Source: a virus
DNA: 64,000 bases
IMG/VR virus record: IMGVR_UViG_3300025137_000023
Location: 1-64,000 of that record
Reading direction: 5' to 3' (one strand)
Shown piece by piece: positions 37,385 to 46,577 of the stretch. How positions within the stretch are numbered: the stretch's first letter is position 1; each line of letters begins with the position of its first letter. A program made the position numbers and the translations under genes. The notes beneath the pieces were generated by a model. It made no database searches. It saw only the letters and a list, made by a program, of their open reading frames with translations, and had not been told where the DNA came from.

Positions 37385-38347
37385 TTAAAATCCGTTTGGT
37401 ATTAATACATAGTGAATTGTAATAACAATACCTACTGATGCTAACAATCCTGTTATCATCTTAAGAAAGTCTTTGCCAACTAAAGGAAATACTACTTTTA
37501 GTTTTCCATTGCCTAGCATAGTTGCCATTGCAAGTTCACGTCCACATAATAGTCCAACAAATACCCATGTTGTTGACATTGGGATATCATTGAGTTCTTT
37601 AAAGAACCAAAGCACTAACCAATAAAACAAATCAATTAACGTTGCACTTCTTACATATCTTGTATTGTGCTTTTCTAATACAATTTGTTGTATTTTTCCT
37701 CCACGTTCTCTAAACATAAAGAACAAGCCTATAACAAACACAAGGCTTATCATAACCATTAATTCAAAGTTTACTTGTCTTGGCAGGAATACGGCAATGT
37801 TTGCCATGTCATGACTTAACCAAGTCCACCATAAAAAACCAGTAGTTACCCATTGACCAACTCGCCAATATACTTTGTGTTTTTCTTTTACAGGGTCGTG
37901 CTTTTCATCTATAAATTTAGTTATAACAATCCATATGGCATAAGCCGCCACTGCCGCGACTGCATAACCCATAATAGATTTCATTAACATTTTTTCTAAT
38001 ACAAATGTACTAGCAAATGCCGACAATACTAAAAATGATGTACTAACAGGAATACCTACCCTTGTTAGTATTAAAAGTAAAGCAGGTGCCATTGCATGAT
38101 ACCATTTTACTTCTTGCCACGGTATCCTATTAAGACGTCCGTATGATATATCTCCTCCATTCACTGTCCAGCCATACCATAAGGCCCAAAGCAAAACCGC
38201 CGATGCGGCGATCCATAAAGTTTTCCAATTAAATTTTTCGTTGTTTGATGCAATCCATGTACCGAGAGTTTGTACTGAATCGTTTGCGATAACTGAATAA
38301 GCGGCTAGTAAAAAACCTACACCCATCCAAAGTGTTAATGCGTCCAT
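37385..38347 (-). CDS. PiT/PHO4-like inorganic phosphate transporter
   Basis: about 9-10 TM; IANDSVQTLG and HDMAN resemble the duplicated GAND.AN motif; IPVSTS/IPMSTT repeats. Confidence 0.6.
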   Translation of the reverse strand: MDALTLWMGVGFLLAAYSVIANDSVQTLGTWIASNNEKFNWKTLWIAASAVLLWALWYGWTVNGGDISYGRLNRIPWQEVKWYHAMAPALLLILTRVGIPVSTSFLVLSAFASTFVLEKMLMKSIMGYAVAAVAAYAIWIVITKFIDEKHDPVKEKHKVYWRVGQWVTTGFLWWTWLSHDMANIAVFLPRQVNFELMVMISLVFVIGLFFMFRERGGKIQQIVLEKHNTRYVRSATLIDLFYWLVLWFFKELNDIPMSTTWVFVGLLCGRELAMATMLGNGKLKVVFPLVGKDFLKMITGLLASVGIVITIHYVLIPNGF

Positions 38348-38470
38348 TTTATATCTCCATTCGACCAAGCTCGACGTTGCTTGAATTGATTTATATATTA
38401 TTTCATTGTAACACTATTTACTTGGTAATGTCAAAAGAAAGATTACAGTTTTGTTAAATGATTTGCAACC

Positions 38471-39052
38471 TTAGACTGTTACAATATTATAGATGTGTTC
38501 CCAATCCTTTGCTATTGGGTAAGGATACTCGCCATTCATGTTGTGTCCATGTTCTACAAGTATAGGTTTAAGTCCTGCTTTTGATCCTGCTTCGCAGTTT
38601 ACAGGTTTGTCTTCAATCCACCAAAGTTTGGATCCTTTGTATTGTGCAAGTGTTTCATCTTTATCGTCTCCAGTACCTAAACAAATTAGTTTAGTAAAGA
38701 CTCCTTCTCCGAACAACTTGTCTAAATTTTTCTGTCTTAGCCTTTTTGCATATTTGTTGTTACTTAATGATGTAATGCAATGAAACTCCCAACCTTCGTC
38801 AGCAAGTTTTGTAACATATTGAACTGCGTCACGTAGAGCAGGTAAGTATCCGATTGTAGCACTTTCATTAAACTGTCTAATTAGTGTTTTAACTTGTGCT
38901 TTCGGAATACCATAACGTTCAGCCATATCGTATTTGAACTGGTATCCTTTTGTAGTTTTAAATCCATGTTCTTCCATCCAACAGTTAAAGGCGAACTCCC
39001 AATTAAGTAGTACACCATCTGCATCTGTTAATATAATTTTTTTCAATTTCAT
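38471..39052 (-). CDS. HAD-family phosphatase / 5'-nucleotidase (T4 gp30.2-like)
   Basis: LTDADGVL, ITSL and WIEDK..N motifs. Confidence 0.8.
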   Translation of the reverse strand: MKLKKIILTDADGVLLNWEFAFNCWMEEHGFKTTKGYQFKYDMAERYGIPKAQVKTLIRQFNESATIGYLPALRDAVQYVTKLADEGWEFHCITSLSNNKYAKRLRQKNLDKLFGEGVFTKLICLGTGDDKDETLAQYKGSKLWWIEDKPVNCEAGSKAGLKPILVEHGHNMNGEYPYPIAKDWEHIYNIVTV

Positions 39053-39094
39053 CTTCTTCTTTTATTGTTTAACTTACAATACTAATATAGCACA

Positions 39095-39265
39095 TTATGT
39101 CGTTTTGTCAACCTTTTTTGCTTTAGATTTACCTTTCCAGCGATTTAATTTTTGCACGTCATCGGTTCTAGCACCCGGTTCACACACTGTAATTTTATTG
39201 CCTTTTGCTAACCATTCTTGTACTAGTTTATCGTGCTTAATTTGTTCTTCTTGAGTTATAGCCAT
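39095..39265 (-). CDS. small SutA-like RNAP-binding protein candidate
   Basis: EWLAKGNKITVCEPG resembles the SutA FL..GG.(V/I)..I.P pattern; probable start MAITQEE. Confidence 0.45.
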   Translation of the reverse strand: MAITQEEQIKHDKLVQEWLAKGNKITVCEPGARTDDVQKLNRWKGKSKAKKVDKTT

Positions 39266-39286
39266 GTTAAGCCTTTCTGTAAGGTT

Positions 39287-39353
39287 GAACCCCCAGCGAC
39301 GGTACAACACTGGGGGTTCGTGTAAGTTAAGAAGGAGATCGTACCGTTAACTT
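39287..39353 (-). ncRNA. structured RNA element: two hairpins with complementary (kissing) loops
   Basis: AAGTTAA/TTAACTT stem with loop CGGTACGA; 12-bp GAACCCCCAGTG/CGCTGGGGGTTC stem with loop TTGTACCGT. Confidence 0.55.
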
Positions 39354-39356
39354 GGT

Positions 39357-40079
39357 TCACGTTATCTTAACGTAATTAAGTTGTGATTCTTTAACACCAT
39401 CGTACCACCTACTGAAATCAGTACGTTTTACTTTAGCATAAATTTTTACTTCTTTATTAACTTTATCAAGCCAATTATGTTGACTCCAAAAAGTAATTAG
39501 TTGATTATTGTTAGTAATACCAACATAGATATAACTAGTATAGTTACGACTATAAATTCCTGAAATAAGTTTAGCAGTAGTATTAATCTTAGTACCAACT
39601 GAACCAATCCAATCTCCTGTACAGGTTGCTAGTATCATATCTTCTAAACTCTCACGTTTTATAGTTCTTAAATATGTTTGTGGAATACTTGCAATTAATC
39701 CAAAATCGTAAGTAGTAATATCATCTTTTTCAAATGTTGCATATAAGTTAGATTCAAAACCATTTAGGTCTCCTGCTATGGCTCTCATAGCCAATCCTTC
39801 TAACCATTCAGAACATTCTTTTGAATTTTGTTTGTCTTTTTTTGAAGGGGTAATTTCTGTCTTGTTTAAGAGATCGATTGTTTCTGGTGTCATACCATAA
39901 TGTACATCACTTAAATTAAATCGAATAATTTCTTTATTAGAAACTGTTTTAGGAACAGCCTTATTATCGATCATCTCGATTTCAGTATCCTTAACGTATT
40001 TCTTGTTGAAGGATTGTGAAGCAAATGCCATTGCTAATACGTCTGTGAATTTGAAAGTTTCTTTACCAAATTTTGACAT
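39357..40079 (-). CDS. hypothetical protein with a C-terminal OB-fold-like segment
   Basis: GGAG RBS; own sigma70 promoter; ends ESQLNYVKI. Confidence 0.65.
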   Translation of the reverse strand: MSKFGKETFKFTDVLAMAFASQSFNKKYVKDTEIEMIDNKAVPKTVSNKEIIRFNLSDVHYGMTPETIDLLNKTEITPSKKDKQNSKECSEWLEGLAMRAIAGDLNGFESNLYATFEKDDITTYDFGLIASIPQTYLRTIKRESLEDMILATCTGDWIGSVGTKINTTAKLISGIYSRNYTSYIYVGITNNNQLITFWSQHNWLDKVNKEVKIYAKVKRTDFSRWYDGVKESQLNYVKIT

Positions 40080-40143
40080 CTACTTCTCCTTTTAATTAAC
40101 TATAATTACAATATAACACAAAATGCCGTATTGTCAACCTTTT

Positions 40144-40269
40144 TTATAGTCTTTTTGCGATTTTTTCTTTAGTAAATTCTGCCGCACCTGTAACATCTTT
40201 TCCAATGCCAGCAACAGTTGAACAAGCACCTAGAGATAGTGCTATTATAATAATCATAATGTATTTCAT
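40144..40269 (-). CDS. entericidin A/B-like small lipoprotein (not in ORF track)
   Basis: MKYIMIIIIALSLGACSTVAGIGKDVTGAAE matches the LxACxTxxGxGKD pattern. Confidence 0.75.
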   Translation of the reverse strand: MKYIMIIIIALSLGACSTVAGIGKDVTGAAEFTKEKIAKRL

Positions 40270-40421
40270 TGATCTTCTTCCTTTTTTATGTAAAAATGTG
40301 GATACGCCTTTGGACGTTGTTCTTTGACCTGTTCTAAATACTCATTTGCATCCGACTCAGAGTCAAACTTTGCAACGACAACTTCGTCGTGTACTCTCGG
40401 AATGTATATGACTTGAAACAT
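40266..40421 (-). CDS. 51-aa hypothetical protein (not in ORF track)
   Basis: MFQVIYIPRVHDEVVVAKFDSESDANEYLEQ...; ATGA coupling to the next gene. Confidence 0.55.
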   Translation of the reverse strand: MFQVIYIPRVHDEVVVAKFDSESDANEYLEQVKEQRPKAYPHFYIKKEEDQ

Positions 40422-40748
40422 CTACTCACCCACCCAAGCCTTTTCAAGTTTTTCGGCGTGCTTTTGTTTAAGCATATCTAGTTTCTTTTTATTTTTAGGT
40501 GCATGAATTTCTTTATTTGCATAATCGATTAATTGCATCTCTTCTGGCTTTAAGTCTTTGGCTCTGATGCTCCAAAGTTCTCCAAACCTACTTAAACGAT
40601 ATCCTAAGTCAGATAGTTTATTTGCTCTGATATCATCTTTTTCGATAAATGCTAGATCCATCATATCCTTACCTAATTGCATAACTTCCATCTCATTGGA
40701 AGTAATGTCGTAAATGCTCATGGTTTTACCCGTCATTTGATTAGTCAT
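40422..40748 (-). CDS. hypothetical protein
   Basis: ORF in the early cluster. Confidence 0.6.
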   Translation of the reverse strand: MTNQMTGKTMSIYDITSNEMEVMQLGKDMMDLAFIEKDDIRANKLSDLGYRLSRFGELWSIRAKDLKPEEMQLIDYANKEIHAPKNKKKLDMLKQKHAEKLEKAWVGE

Positions 40749-40771
40749 TGTAGCCCTCTTCTATGTTTTGA

Positions 40772-41278
40772 TTATTTAAGTTTAAGTGTCGTGTCTTTGT
40801 GGTCTTGATTACAAGTCCACTTTTGTTTAGATAACTTGTTCGCTTGAGCCCAGCGGATAAACAAACCAAGTTCTCTGCCATGTGCTTCAACTTCCCAAGG
40901 GTAGTCGTAGTAATTTTCGTCATTTTCTTCAAACATCTTACCGCACCAACGTATTTTGTCAGCCCGGGCCATGTCAACCATTTCGCCTTTAGCAAACTGT
41001 TTAACGTGAACCATTTCGTGTGCAATAGTTTCAAGTAACCTACGAAGTCGTAATTTACTATCTGCTCGGACAGTAAACTCACGTGGTCTCCAGTTGTTGT
41101 CTTCCCAACATGAATCACCATACACTTGCTCCTTTTTCATTAAATTGGCTACAAGTTGTATTTCGACGTCTAAGTTCTTTTGGAGTCGCTTTGACATCAG
41201 AGTGTCTGCCGCAAATCTGGCTAGACTCTCTACATAATTTCGCTGGGTTTTGCACCCACCTGTCACTGAAATTTTCAT
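40772..41278 (-). CDS. zincin-like metallopeptidase domain protein
   Basis: TIAHEMVHVKQ (HExxH) and PWEVEAH third ligand. Confidence 0.75.
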   Translation of the reverse strand: MKISVTGGCKTQRNYVESLARFAADTLMSKRLQKNLDVEIQLVANLMKKEQVYGDSCWEDNNWRPREFTVRADSKLRLRRLLETIAHEMVHVKQFAKGEMVDMARADKIRWCGKMFEENDENYYDYPWEVEAHGRELGLFIRWAQANKLSKQKWTCNQDHKDTTLKLK

Positions 41279-41409
41279 ATCTGTTCTCTATACTATTTAA
41301 CATCATACACACATTATAACATAAGCAGATTATCTGTCAACCTATAAAAAACCCTTTATTTTCAACGATTGCGATATTTTGTAATAAAAATTATTTAAAA
41401 AAGATATCA

Positions 41410-41886
41410 TTAAACTACCATATTATCCTTTTTTCTACCCAGATAATCCTGTTCCATAATAGTTTTGATATTATGGCACGTTTTACATAATGCACTTATA
41501 TTCTCCTGTGTATCGTCTCCGCCCATGGATTTAAGCACTTGATGATCTCCATCCATAACAGATCTCATTGCTCTTAATCTAACAAAAGGATCCTCTATTT
41601 GATCAAATCTTGGATCTTCTTGTACATTATATCCACAGCCAGGAAAACTTTCAGTACCTACACACACCCAGCCTCTATAGAATGTATGTGGTCTATCAGG
41701 TTTACCAAGTCCTCCATATGGAACACTTTTTAACTGATGATCTCTGCATAAACAATCTCCACCAGGACCTTGATGTACACTTAATAGTTTATTACAATCC
41801 ACTAGTTTACACGTTAAGCCTAATTGTGCTTGTTTCATTCTTACACTAGAACTTTTAAGTTTGTCTTTGTTAGGATCTCTAATCAT
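41410..41886 (-). CDS. HNH nuclease-like Cys-rich protein
   Basis: DGDH..LKS.GGDD..ENISALCKTCHNIKT. Confidence 0.75.
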   Translation of the reverse strand: MIRDPNKDKLKSSSVRMKQAQLGLTCKLVDCNKLLSVHQGPGGDCLCRDHQLKSVPYGGLGKPDRPHTFYRGWVCVGTESFPGCGYNVQEDPRFDQIEDPFVRLRAMRSVMDGDHQVLKSMGGDDTQENISALCKTCHNIKTIMEQDYLGRKKDNMVV

Positions 41887-43027
41887 TCCAAAGATCCATT
41901 TTATCTACTGCCCAAAGATGTTTATACTTTGGTGTTTTAAGTTTTGTACTCTTTTTCATTTGTGCAATTAAGAATGGTACACCAAATCTGGGCTCTGTAG
42001 TAAAGTTACTTTTTTGCTTTTCTGCCCAGGCTTCAGGGTTAGATTTTTTAAACCAATTTTCATATGCAATTTTTACTTTGCTCCAGAATGGTCCTTTTTC
42101 TGACCAATTACTATTAAGATAATCTTTTACAAATGAAACAAATTCTAATAGATACTTGTCATCAACTTTTATATTATCTTTTAAACAGTGGTCAAAATAA
42201 TCATAAAGTACTCTAGCCTCTTTTGCCTGTACAGGTCTATTAGCATTCATGTATTGCCAATACCTACCAAACATTTTTGTAACTTCAACATCTTTACGTT
42301 TCTCTGGAGTTTTTGACATAATTGTATCAGACAACAAAGTAAATGCACCTACTTGAGTATGATCACCAAACTTTTCAGCAGTTGCAAACAAACCACATTT
42401 TTCAAAAATGTTGTTTATCTCTGCACTCTTAATCCAATTTGGATCATCACTGTTATCTACATTTACACCAAAAACGTGTCCAGTATACAAGTCAATTGGT
42501 TGTACTTGTAGTTTACCTTCTTGCGAATTTAGTTTAATATAGTTTTCACGAATTTCTAATCTTTTGCTAACAGGATATATGTTACAAGGAACTTCTACTT
42601 CTACTTGTCTTTGTCCAAATACTCTTGTTAATATAATATACCAAACAATCGATGTGTGCTGACCTTCCCAACATACATAATTGCCATCTTGCTTATAAAC
42701 TTGCAAAGGCATACACATTGTTTCTCTAAAGTTACCAAGTATATCTGTTACCCAAGTCAAGTCTAGTGGACGTTGCATTGTTGTATCAATTAATATCTCA
42801 TCGAACTTTACTGGAATTCCTTGTACAAGGCCCTTCATATCACTAAACTTTTTTAAGTTAGGATGACGCCTTTTGAATTCATCTACTATTTGTTCTATTA
42901 TGGGAAGGAAATATTGTGATTTATTTAAGGCTTCTTCTAGCCTTGTTTCTAAATCTACATAATTGCTCTCTATTTTGCTATACTTTGAATTTACTTCATC
43001 TGCATAACGAGTAAAGGGTTGACTCAT
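41879..43027 (-). CDS. ParB/Srx-like (DGQHR-type) domain protein
   Basis: ID.TMQRPLD and CWEGQHT correspond to the QR and DGQHR motifs. Confidence 0.55.
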   Translation of the reverse strand: MSQPFTRYADEVNSKYSKIESNYVDLETRLEEALNKSQYFLPIIEQIVDEFKRRHPNLKKFSDMKGLVQGIPVKFDEILIDTTMQRPLDLTWVTDILGNFRETMCMPLQVYKQDGNYVCWEGQHTSIVWYIILTRVFGQRQVEVEVPCNIYPVSKRLEIRENYIKLNSQEGKLQVQPIDLYTGHVFGVNVDNSDDPNWIKSAEINNIFEKCGLFATAEKFGDHTQVGAFTLLSDTIMSKTPEKRKDVEVTKMFGRYWQYMNANRPVQAKEARVLYDYFDHCLKDNIKVDDKYLLEFVSFVKDYLNSNWSEKGPFWSKVKIAYENWFKKSNPEAWAEKQKSNFTTEPRFGVPFLIAQMKKSTKLKTPKYKHLWAVDKMDLWND

Positions 43028-43176
43028 TTTTTGCTCCTATTCTTTATCGGCTTTTTAGCCTTAGGTTTTTATTAACTTATATACATATAATAACATATCT
43101 AGTCAGTCTGTCAACCGGTTTTTTTGCACTTTTTTAAATAAATATGTATGAAGGGCATAATTTATAAGGAGATATC

Positions 43177-43596
43177 ATGGATATCAAAAAAGTTATGACC
43201 TGGCTTCCTATCGCCCTTGCCCTGATAGGTTCTCTATATACTGGTATAAATGTGGTATCTAAACTTAACAATACCATAGAACAACATACTATTAGCATCA
43301 ATAGTTTGACTGCTACAGTAAAAGGTTTAGACGACAAATACACTATAGAGATTAAAAATTTAACACAAAAATACACTGAAGCAAGAGAAGAACTTGTTGC
43401 TGAAATGACTCGTGTATGGACAGAGATTGCACAAGTAAGAGCTAAATCAGATTCTTTACAACAAGGGTCATATAAAACAGCCAGCCAAGCAGAATTAAGA
43501 GCATTAGAAGATAGTTACTACAAACTATACGATTCTTTACAACAACTCACATACGATATAAAAGATTTAAAACGTGAATTGACGGGTGGGTATTAA
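43177..43596 (+). CDS. membrane-anchored coiled-coil protein
   Basis: N-terminal TM; GGAG RBS; TAAATA upstream. Confidence 0.7.
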   Translation: MDIKKVMTWLPIALALIGSLYTGINVVSKLNNTIEQHTISINSLTATVKGLDDKYTIEIKNLTQKYTEAREELVAEMTRVWTEIAQVRAKSDSLQQGSYKTASQAELRALEDSYYKLYDSLQQLTYDIKDLKRELTGGY

Positions 43597-43597
43597 T

Positions 43598-44104
43598 ATG
43601 GAGAGTATAAGGATGGACTTACGTTTTACATTTTTGTTATTAACATTATTAGCCTTATTGGCATTATTTGTTAAACCAGCTCATGCAAGAAACGACTACT
43701 TACAATACGACCAGCATTGTCAAGGTATTACACTAGAACCATATATGGAATACAGTCAAAGTACTAACAGAGGTACTGGATCAAGTAATAGTGGATATAA
43801 TGATGATAGAGGTAGTATTGGTGTACGTTTAAGTATTCCTTTACAATCTACTTGCTCAAAACGTTATAGAGGAATTGTAACAGAAAATGCCGCCATTAGA
43901 CAGCAACTTGAATTGTTAAAAATGTGTGGTAGATACAAAGGACTTGAATTAGGACCTGACTTTAAAGAACTTAAAGATAAGTGTTCTCAAGTTTGGAAAT
44001 CTGAAGAATTACAGAAAAAGCAAGACGCAGAAGAGTTAGAATTTAAAAAGCAACAAGAAGAATTAAACAAGTCATTTGAAAATCTTAAAAAAGATACAAA
44101 ATAA
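43598..44104 (+). CDS. secreted/exported protein
   Basis: signal peptide ending AHA; four Cys. Confidence 0.65.
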   Translation: MESIRMDLRFTFLLLTLLALLALFVKPAHARNDYLQYDQHCQGITLEPYMEYSQSTNRGTGSSNSGYNDDRGSIGVRLSIPLQSTCSKRYRGIVTENAAIRQQLELLKMCGRYKGLELGPDFKELKDKCSQVWKSEELQKKQDAEELEFKKQQEELNKSFENLKKDTK

Positions 44105-44112
44105 TAAGTCAT

Positions 44113-44154
44113 AAAAAAGCCCGGGTATCGTTTTATCGTCCCGGGCTTATTTTT
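44113..44154. terminator. bidirectional intrinsic terminator
   Basis: AAGCCCGGG-N14-CCCGGGCTT with A/T tails, between convergent genes. Confidence 0.75.
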
Positions 44155-44156
44155 AA

Positions 44157-44762
44157 TTAAAAGTTAATAATCATACCAAGTGCTAATTCCTTGTCTTCAA
44201 GGTCAAAGCCATTTGAACGATCTTCAACAATAGATGCACTTAATGTCATCTTGTCGCTTACCTTAAATAAAGATCCGTATTCTAGATAAGAATCATTTCT
44301 ATCAAAATCAGTAAAGCCACCACTCTTAGACTGCCAGTCAAAACCGACCTCTACAAAAGGTGTTAGTGCATTCATTTCTTTTTGAACACCTATATACGGA
44401 GAAGCAGTTAATGTTTCATCAGTTAAACTATCTCCCCATTTATAAGCCATTCCGGCACCAACATATGTTTCTGCAAATGGATCGGTATCAATACCGCCAC
44501 CTAATGGAAACATTAATTGCTTTGTTGCTTTTAATTGGTAATCTTGTACACTACCATTTTGAAAGAACTTAAATTCACCATTAAATGCACCTAAGTTTTT
44601 GGCGATGCCATACTCGTTTGCACCAGTTTCTGGTGTTTTAATTGATACTGCATAATCGTCAGTAACTGCTACTAACTCTATCGTACCGTTATTATAGTTT
44701 TCTGCAAACGCCGATGTTGCCATCAGTGTTAACAATGCTACTACACTCATTAATTTTTTCAT
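44157..44762 (-). CDS. outer-membrane beta-barrel protein
   Basis: signal peptide ending AFA, amphipathic strands, C-terminal Phe (LGMIINF). Confidence 0.7.
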   Translation of the reverse strand: MKKLMSVVALLTLMATSAFAENYNNGTIELVAVTDDYAVSIKTPETGANEYGIAKNLGAFNGEFKFFQNGSVQDYQLKATKQLMFPLGGGIDTDPFAETYVGAGMAYKWGDSLTDETLTASPYIGVQKEMNALTPFVEVGFDWQSKSGGFTDFDRNDSYLEYGSLFKVSDKMTLSASIVEDRSNGFDLEDKELALGMIINF

Positions 44763-44873
44763 ATATATTTTTCCTTATTATGAATATACAATTACGTCCT
44801 GTAATTGTGTTAATCACAACAATAGACACCTATCGGTGCCTAAAGTTGTAAGTCTTACGGGTTGTGTCTTAGA

Positions 44874-45791
44874 TTAAATCTGAGATAGTTCAACCAATGT
44901 TGCTGAAAGATTGATCTCTGGATCGCTAACTAGAGAATGATTAACTAAACCATTTCTAATTGTTAGGATCGCTTTGTCTTGTCCTTCTTCTGTTTCGCTC
45001 CAAAGTTCCAAGTTATCATACATCCAACGAAACAAGTCTTCCATTTCGTCTGCCCTTACTTGGCTAGTTAATAGTTTTCTTGCTTCACGAATTTTACCTT
45101 CTTTAAACAAGTCCACCATTGCTAGTTTATAATCAGCAGTAGTATTTTCACTTTCTTTTGGACTTTGTAGCTCACCATCGACATTATTCATCTGGCATAA
45201 GTTTAAACTCTTACGCAAGTCTGGATATGTCGCTTTAACGTAACTGTCTAATACATCTAATTCAAACTTTACATTCTCGTCAATAAGAACTTTGGCAACT
45301 CTTGCCGTAAATTCTGTTGTATCAATTTTTTCAATATGAAAGCCTTGACAACGACTATGTAATGCTGGAATTACTCTATTTGGATAGTTACACGTTAATA
45401 CAAATCTAGCAGTACTGGCATATGTTTCCATAACACCACGTAATGCCGCCTGACCATTTGGACTAATATAGTCCGCTTCGTCTAAAAGCACAATCTTAAA
45501 TTCTCCAAAAGGCATTGTTTGTACAAAGCCAGTTATCTTATCTCTAATTGTGTCTACGGAATTTTCTCTACTAGCATTTATTTCTAGTACATCATACTCA
45601 TCAATGCCTAGTTCGTTAATTAGAATCTTTGCTAGTGTAGTCTTACCGACGCCTGGTGCCCCACTGAAAAGCAGATGAGGAATGGCGCCGGATAAGACCC
45701 AAGATTCTACTTGTTTCTTTTGTGCTTCATCTCGAAACACATAATCCCCTACAGAAGAGGGTCTATACTTTTCAGTCCATAATTCTTTCAT
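44874..45791 (-). CDS. clamp loader subunit (gp44/RFC-like)
   Basis: LWTEKYRP, GAPGVGKTT, LDEAD and SRC motifs. Confidence 0.93.
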   Translation of the reverse strand: MKELWTEKYRPSSVGDYVFRDEAQKKQVESWVLSGAIPHLLFSGAPGVGKTTLAKILINELGIDEYDVLEINASRENSVDTIRDKITGFVQTMPFGEFKIVLLDEADYISPNGQAALRGVMETYASTARFVLTCNYPNRVIPALHSRCQGFHIEKIDTTEFTARVAKVLIDENVKFELDVLDSYVKATYPDLRKSLNLCQMNNVDGELQSPKESENTTADYKLAMVDLFKEGKIREARKLLTSQVRADEMEDLFRWMYDNLELWSETEEGQDKAILTIRNGLVNHSLVSDPEINLSATLVELSQI

Positions 45792-45820
45792 TGAGCACCT
45801 TTATTAAGTAGTTAAACTAT

Positions 45821-45849
45821 ATTATATATAATTTACCGCCCAATGTCAA
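45821..45849 (-). promoter_or_regulatory. consensus sigma70 promoter TTGACA-17-TATAAT
   Basis: perfect hexamers and spacing upstream of the clamp loader. Confidence 0.8.
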
Positions 45850-45867
45850 GAACTTTTGGACTTAAAA

Positions 45868-46125
45868 TTATATTTCTACTTTTTCGATTTTAGTAACTGT
45901 AAATGCTTTAGTAGTCAAGTTTGGAAAAAAAGCGTCGAATTGAGCTTGATCTTCAAATATGATTGTTCTACGTATTCCAACCGGTGGATCTAGTATTTCA
46001 AATTGAATACCAGTACAACCTGGATTGTTAGCACCGCATGGTCCGTGTTCAGCCTTGAAAGCCTCTACGTCTGCGTATGATTTACCTGCGTCGTCTTTTA
46101 AATCAGATATATGTCTAATTGCCAT
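45868..46125 (-). CDS. hypothetical protein
   Basis: AAGGAG RBS; late motif upstream. Confidence 0.65.
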   Translation of the reverse strand: MAIRHISDLKDDAGKSYADVEAFKAEHGPCGANNPGCTGIQFEILDPPVGIRRTIIFEDQAQFDAFFPNLTTKAFTVTKIEKVEI

Positions 46126-46214
46126 TGTGTTTCTCCTTAACGTCTATCCTTCTAGCATTTCTGCCTCGAGGCGTGTAGTTAGATTAAAATAATGTACTTA
46201 TTGTACAGTATTAT

Positions 46215-46577
46215 TTATCGAGAATGATCACTTTGGTCTTCATCAGATACCAGCATTAATGCGTCTGGATCTACTTTACGAATTTTAAACTCGTTTCCGT
46301 CTTTATCTTTTACATTGACACCACGTGTCCATCTTCCATGGTCAACATAAACCCATTGACCTGGTTTTACGTCGTTTTGCTCAGGACCAACTGCGTATAC
46401 TTCAGCCCACCTGGCTCTTACACCATCACTGGTGCCATCGTCACTTCGTAGAATAATACCACCAGTAGTGATTCTTTCTTCAAAGTTCATATCTTTAACT
46501 AGAACGTTTTCGTGTAAGGCCCTTACGGTCCCTATTTCATACGTTCCTTCGTATGAGGGTTTATGATTTACTTGCAT
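46215..46577 (-). CDS. GroES-like co-chaperonin
   Basis: L...VLV, T.GGIIL and V.AVGP...VK.G motifs. Confidence 0.85.
   Translation of the reverse strand: MQVNHKPSYEGTYEIGTVRALHENVLVKDMNFEERITTGGIILRSDDGTSDGVRARWAEVYAVGPEQNDVKPGQWVYVDHGRWTRGVNVKDKDGNEFKIRKVDPDALMLVSDEDQSDHSR

Noticed and set aside
40741-41312. Minus-strand ORFs 40741..41121 and 41115..41312
   Set aside because: They are alternative frames within the HExxH gene 40772..41278.
46126-46214. Riboswitch in the leader of 45868..46125 (GCC-TCGA-GGC and TGTAC/GTACA hairpins)
   Set aside because: The stems are too short and match no family I recognise.
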